This document shows positions 59,775 to 64,000 of a stretch of 64,000 nt of DNA, piece after piece (the stretch's first letter is position 1; each line of letters starts with the position of its first letter). Origin of the DNA: Gammaproteobacteria bacterium (lineage in GTDB: Bacteria; Pseudomonadota; Gammaproteobacteria; UBA4575). Both the position numbers and the translations under genes were made by a program. The notes beneath the pieces are model-generated. The model did not search any database. It saw only the letters and a program-made list of their open reading frames with translations, and had not been told where the DNA came from. The stretch covers positions 12,731-76,730 of the forward strand of contig JABDMD010000100.1 of NCBI GenBank assembly GCA_013001685.1, written 5' to 3'.

Positions 59775-61055
59775 ATGCCTGGACAAAAACTGTCTTATCC
59801 TGGAAGAAATTATTTATTCTGCCCCGGCCCAACTCACATTCCACAAGCAGTTCAAAACGCAATGATCGTTCCTCAGGAAGATCACCGCGCACCAGATTTT
59901 CCTGAACTTGTTAAGCCTCTTCTTAGAGATGTTAAGAAGATTTTCAAAACAACTAAAGGCACTTGCTTTTTATTTCCTGCAACCGGTACAGCGGGTTGGG
60001 AAATTGCCTTAGCGAACACCATGTCGCCAGGTGACAAGATCTTAACTACACGTTTTGGTCAGTTCAGTCATTTATGGTACGAACTTGCTTGCCGCATTGG
60101 TTTGGAAGTTGATCTAGTAGAAACCCCATGGGGCGAAGGTGTTCCGGTTGATAAGTTTAAGAAAATTCTACAAGCGGACAAGAAACACGAAATTAAAGCG
60201 GTAGTTTGTTGCCACAACGAAACGGCTACTGGTGTTACCAGTGATATTGCTGCAGTTGGTAAAATGCTAAAACAAATTAAGCACCCTGCATTATTAATGG
60301 TGGACTGTGTAAGTTCAGTAGCCAGTATCGATTTCCGCATGGATCAATGGGGTGTTGACGTTGCAGTGAGCGGTTCTCAAAAAGGTTTCATGTTACCAGC
60401 TGGCATGGCTATCCTAGCCTTCAGTCCACGCGCATTAGCAAAACGCAAAACTGCAAAATGTGCGCGTTGCTTCTTAGATATTCAAGATCACTTGAACACA
60501 AACAAAGACGGTTTCTTCCCGTACACACCATCTGTACCAATGTTACGCGGCCTACGTGCAGCCATTGATTTAATCTTGCAAGAAGGTTTAGAAAATACAT
60601 TTACACGTCATCATCGTTTAGCGGAAGGTGTGCGTCTTGCGGTGAAAGCATGGGGTCTAAAGACGTGTGCGAAATCTGCAAAATGGCATTCAGATACCGT
60701 TACTGCAATTTTGGTTCCTGAAAACAAAAATGCCAATGAAGTCATTCATATTGCTTACCATAAATACAACATCTCGCTAGGTGCTGGCTTATCTAAAGTA
60801 GCTGGAAAAGTTTTCCGTATTGGTCACTTAGGTGATAATAATGAAGCCCGCATGATGGCTGCTCTTGGAACGGTTGAAATGGCACTTTTAGATGCAGGCA
60901 TTAAGATCAAGCCAGGAAGTGGTGTAGCTGCTGCTGGTGAGTACTATCGCAAGACCGGCAAGAAAATTAAAAAATTTGCTGCTCCAAAAGCTCCTGCAAA
61001 GAAAAAGGCACCAGCAAAGAAAAAAGCTACAAAAAGAAAAGCTACAATAAAATAG
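59775..61055 (+). CDS. sga: Serine-glyoxylate aminotransferase (class V) with Lys/Ala/Pro-rich C-terminal tail
   Basis: NYLFCPGPTHIPQAV, the PLP lysine context SGSQKGFMLP, and RIGHLG. Genes for mcl/mtkAB are adjacent. I chose the ATG at 59775 (AAAGG upstream) over the TTG at 59748. Confidence 0.8.
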   Translation: MPGQKLSYPGRNYLFCPGPTHIPQAVQNAMIVPQEDHRAPDFPELVKPLLRDVKKIFKTTKGTCFLFPATGTAGWEIALANTMSPGDKILTTRFGQFSHLWYELACRIGLEVDLVETPWGEGVPVDKFKKILQADKKHEIKAVVCCHNETATGVTSDIAAVGKMLKQIKHPALLMVDCVSSVASIDFRMDQWGVDVAVSGSQKGFMLPAGMAILAFSPRALAKRKTAKCARCFLDIQDHLNTNKDGFFPYTPSVPMLRGLRAAIDLILQEGLENTFTRHHRLAEGVRLAVKAWGLKTCAKSAKWHSDTVTAILVPENKNANEVIHIAYHKYNISLGAGLSKVAGKVFRIGHLGDNNEARMMAALGTVEMALLDAGIKIKPGSGVAAAGEYYRKTGKKIKKFAAPKAPAKKKAPAKKKATKRKATIK

Positions 61056-61105
61056 ATAATTAAAATAAATAATTAAAAATAGATTATAAATAGAAGGTAC
61101 ATATT

Positions 61106-62047
61106 ATGAGTTTTACACAACCCAAACCGGCTAGACAAAGAGTTCAGCGATGTGAACTTGCTGTTCCAGCATCCAGCGTCAAAATGATTGAGAAATCAGC
61201 CGATTGCGCTGCAGACTTCGTATTTTTAGATTTAGAAGATGCCGTTGCTCCCGGAGACAAAGTACAAGCACGCAAAAATGCAATCGAAGCCGTAAATGAT
61301 ATCGACTGGGCAGGCAAAGGAAAAACCATTGCAGTGCGTATTAACGGTCTTGATACTCATTACATGTATCGTGATGTCATTGATCTTGTTGAACAAGCTG
61401 GTAATAAGCTGGATACGATTTTTATTCCAAAAGCTGGTGACCCAGCGGACGTATACATGGTGGATGCACTACTCACTCAAATTGAAGAAGCGAAAGGGTT
61501 TGAAAACAAGATAGCCATAGAAGCTATAATTGAAACAGCACTTGGTATGGCTAATGTAGAAGCCATTGCACAATCTAGCCCACGCCTAGAAGCATTGCAC
61601 TTTGGTGTTGCTGACTACTCAGCAAGTAACCGTGCACGTACCGTCAACATTGGAGGCTTAAATCCTGATTATCCAGGTGATCAGTGGCATTCAGCTATTT
61701 CACGCATGGTTGTAGCATGTCGAGCATACGGCTTACGTCCTATTGATGGTCCGTTTGGTGATATCAAAGATCCGGAAGGTTACCAACTTGCATGTCGTCG
61801 GGGCGCTGCATTAGGTATTGAAGGTAAGTGGGCCATCCACCCGTCACAAATTGAATTAGCGAATGAGGTATTTTCACCACCCGAAGAAGAAGTTGCAAAA
61901 GCGCATCGTATTCTAGAAGAACTCGAAAAAGCAGCTAAAGAAGGTAAAGGTGCAGCAACATTAGATGGCAAAATGATCGATGCGGCTTCTGCAAAAATGG
62001 CCGAGAACGTGGTTAGAGCGGCAGAGGCAATTGCTGCCAAATCTTAA
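61106..62047 (+). CDS. mcl: Malyl-CoA lyase (HpcH/HpaI/CitE-like)
   Basis: Close match to my recollection of M. extorquens MclA: RCELAVPAS, FLDLEDAVAP, INGLDTHYMYRDV, ACRAYGLRPIDGPFGD, GKWAIHPSQIELANEVF. Confidence 0.88.
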   Translation: MSFTQPKPARQRVQRCELAVPASSVKMIEKSADCAADFVFLDLEDAVAPGDKVQARKNAIEAVNDIDWAGKGKTIAVRINGLDTHYMYRDVIDLVEQAGNKLDTIFIPKAGDPADVYMVDALLTQIEEAKGFENKIAIEAIIETALGMANVEAIAQSSPRLEALHFGVADYSASNRARTVNIGGLNPDYPGDQWHSAISRMVVACRAYGLRPIDGPFGDIKDPEGYQLACRRGAALGIEGKWAIHPSQIELANEVFSPPEEEVAKAHRILEELEKAAKEGKGAATLDGKMIDAASAKMAENVVRAAEAIAAKS

Positions 62048-62081
62048 AGTTAGAATTCCCTAACTTTTTTTGTTGTTTTTT

Positions 62082-62102
62082 AGTGCCCGCATTGCGGGCA
62101 CT
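62082..62102 (+). terminator. GC-core hairpin after mcl
   Basis: agtgcccgc-att-gcgggcact. A T-rich run precedes the stem rather than following it, so terminator function is uncertain. Confidence 0.35.
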
Positions 62103-62144
62103 ATTGTCACTTCCTTAGTCTATTTTCCATATTTCTAGAATCCT

Positions 62145-62165
62145 ATTGCTCATGAAGTGAGCAAT
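62145..62165. promoter_or_regulatory. Perfect 8-5-8 palindrome upstream of mtkA (candidate operator)
   Basis: ATTGCTCA-tgaag-TGAGCAAT lies about 145 nt upstream of the mtkA GTG. Confidence 0.3.
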
Positions 62166-62308
62166 TACCCAACAAGGGAGTTTGTTCTCGGACTAAAGAA
62201 TAGGCTATAAAAGTCGTTTGGTCTGGCAAAACATCAACGACCAACATGGCAATCTGCAAGATTAAGCCAATAAAATAAAAACGAATCATTTTCTCGGAGG
62301 GAATTTAA

Positions 62309-63484
62309 GTGGATATCCATGAGTATCAAGCAAAAGAAATTTTATCTGAATGCGGTGTAGGTATTGCTGAGGGTGGCTTAGCATATAGTCCTGAGCAAGC
62401 TGTATACCGTGCTAAAGAAATTGGTGGCAGCAAATGGGCCGTCAAAGCACAAATTCACTCTGGTGCACGCGGTAAAGCCGGTGGCATCAAGCTCTGCAAA
62501 AATGATGAAGAAATTTGGAATGCTGCAGATGAATTATTAGGCAAACGCTTAGTTACTCATCAAACCGGACCAGCCGGTAAAGTGGTATATCGGCTTTATG
62601 TTGAACAAGCTACAGACATTGAAAAAGAACTTTATTTAGCACTGGTATTAGATCGCGATAAGCAGCGTGTTGTATTCGTTACTTCAACCGAAGGTGGTAT
62701 GGATATTGAAGAAGTAGCTGCAACTAAACCAGAAGCGATACACAAATTAGAAGTTGAACCGGCAGTGGGTTTACGTGATTTCCAAGCACGCGAACTTGCT
62801 TTCGCATTAGGTATTAAACCTGAACTTATTAGCCATGCTGTTCACACAATCAAAGGCGCATACCGCGCATTTCGTGATTTCGATGCAACTATGGTTGAAA
62901 TTAACCCAATGGTAATTACTAAAGACGATCGTGTACTTGCGTTGGATGCAAAAATGGGTTTCGACGACAACGCTCTATTCCGTCGCCCACGTATTGCAGA
63001 ACTACGTGACAAGTCACAAGAAGATCCTCGCGAAACTGCAGCATCTGATCGTGGCTTAAGCTATGTAGGCCTAGATGGTGATATCGGCTGCATGATCAAT
63101 GGTGCAGGTCTAGCTATGGCTACCATGGACATGATCAAACACAAAGACGGCGAACCGGCTAACTTTTTAGATATTGGCGGTGGAGCATCCCCTGACCGTG
63201 TTGCAAAAGCTTTCAAACTTGTACTAGATGATGAAAAAGTAAAAGCAATTTTGGTAAACATCTTTGCAGGCATTAACCGTTGTGACTGGATTGCAGAAGG
63301 AGTTGTACAAGCTTTTGAAAAATTAGATGTAAAGGTTCCTGTTATCGTTCGTCTCTCTGGAACGAATGTTGAGAAAGGTATGCAAATGCTAAAGGACAGT
63401 GGCCAACCTATTATCACTGCCGACACACTTGCTGAAGCTGCCGAAAAAGCAGTAGCAGAACGTAATCGCGTAGCAAATAGTTAA
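62309..63484 (+). CDS. mtkA: Malate thiokinase (malate-CoA ligase) large subunit
   Basis: ATP-grasp SucC/MtkA fold. [49 protein letters not shown] and [16 protein letters not shown] resemble MtkA more than E. coli SucC. It sits beside mcl and sga. GTG start with a GGAGGG SD. Confidence 0.78.
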   Translation: MDIHEYQAKEILSECGVGIAEGGLAYSPEQAVYRAKEIGGSKWAVKAQIHSGARGKAGGIKLCKNDEEIWNAADELLGKRLVTHQTGPAGKVVYRLYVEQATDIEKELYLALVLDRDKQRVVFVTSTEGGMDIEEVAATKPEAIHKLEVEPAVGLRDFQARELAFALGIKPELISHAVHTIKGAYRAFRDFDATMVEINPMVITKDDRVLALDAKMGFDDNALFRRPRIAELRDKSQEDPRETAASDRGLSYVGLDGDIGCMINGAGLAMATMDMIKHKDGEPANFLDIGGGASPDRVAKAFKLVLDDEKVKAILVNIFAGINRCDWIAEGVVQAFEKLDVKVPVIVRLSGTNVEKGMQMLKDSGQPIITADTLAEAAEKAVAERNRVANS

Positions 63485-63548
63485 GGGAGTGCTCTAGCAC
63501 ATAATTTAAAAAAAAATTGCTGATGCACTGATTTAGGAGATCTAAAAA

Positions 63549-64000
63549 ATGACAATAATGATTGATGAAAATACTAAAGTACTTGTTCAGGGCTTTACAG
63601 GAAAGATTGGTACTTTCCACGCCGAAGAAATGATGGAATATGGCACCAAAATTGTAGGTGGTGTTACCCCAGGTAAAGGTGGCCAAAAGCATATGGATTT
63701 GCCTGTATTTAATACAATGAAAGACGCAGTTGCAGATACCGGTGCTGACGCAAGTATTGTATTTGTACCTGGCGCGTTCGCTGCTGACGGTGTTATGGAA
63801 GCAGCAGACTCAGGTATAAAAACTTGTGTATGCATCACGGATGGTATCCCTGCTCAAGACATGATGCGTGTTAAGCGTTACATGTTTCGCTACAAGAAAG
63901 AAGATCGTATGCGCTTAACCGGTCCAAACTGCGCAGGCAGCATCAGTCCAGGAAAATGTTTATTAGGTATTATGCCAGGTCATATTTATGCAGAAGGTAA
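63549..64000 (+). CDS. mtkB: Malate thiokinase small (alpha) subunit, 3' end outside window
   Basis: Hand translation: MTIMIDENTKVLVQGFTGKIGTFHAEEMMEYGTKIVGGVTPGKGG...LTGPNCAGSISPG, the SucD/MtkB CoA-binding N-domain. The frame is open to the window end. Confidence 0.8.
   Translation, partial: MTIMIDENTKVLVQGFTGKIGTFHAEEMMEYGTKIVGGVTPGKGGQKHMDLPVFNTMKDAVADTGADASIVFVPGAFAADGVMEAADSGIKTCVCITDGIPAQDMMRVKRYMFRYKKEDRMRLTGPNCAGSISPGKCLLGIMPGHIYAEG

Noticed and set aside
62309-64000. Alternative call of these two genes as succinyl-CoA synthetase sucCD
   Set aside because: The fold is shared, so the alternative cannot be excluded by eye. However, the sequence resembles my recollection of MtkA more closely than E. 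coli SucC, there is no sdh/suc context, and the genes sit directly after mcl and sga. A phylogeny would settle it.

Overview
AT-rich (judged by eye) chromosomal segment whose gene content and order look gammaproteobacterial (taxonomy is inference only). I can support about 60 protein-coding genes, one TPP riboswitch, several intrinsic-terminator hairpins and a few short repeats. I found no rRNA, tRNA, CRISPR array or intact mobile element. Layout: (1) 1-21.3 kb is mostly housekeeping: mreCD, a dynamin-like GTPase, ChaN-like protein, rnd, BolA-like, two monohaem cytochromes c, metY plus a coupled alpha/beta hydrolase, a large dihaem repeat lipoprotein, an overlapping bactofilin/Slt pair, ptrB, pdxH, msrA. 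(2) 21.5-27.7 kb looks accessory: EF-hand array protein, AlkB-like, GNAT, HExxH protein, trypsin-like protease, and two CDF transporters flanking a small gene. (3) 27.7-29.8 kb is thiC with its TPP riboswitch. (4) 29.9-45.6 kb is an LPS inner-core locus (waaF, waaA, kdkA, GT9, hldE, GT2, O-antigen-ligase-like, two more kinase-fold genes), interrupted by pcm-like/rhodanese/tolC and preceded by a Gfo/Idh/MocA + radical-SAM pair. (5) 45.7-56.8 kb holds ilvE, glnE, a Fur-box-preceded Fe3+ ABC transporter, a PA2779/PA2778-type pair and ilvD. (6) 57-64 kb is a one-carbon/serine-cycle block: 5-FCL-like, Ftr/FhcD-like, folD, sga, mcl, mtkA, mtkB. The best candidates for new biology are: the orphan methanopterin-type formyltransferase coupled to folate-type enzymes; the histone-H1-like tail on serine-glyoxylate aminotransferase; the dihaem Calx/Ig-repeat lipoprotein; the oxidoreductase/radical-SAM pair at the LPS locus; and the bactofilin-Slt overlap. 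All functional calls rest on motif recognition from the translations. No database search was run.
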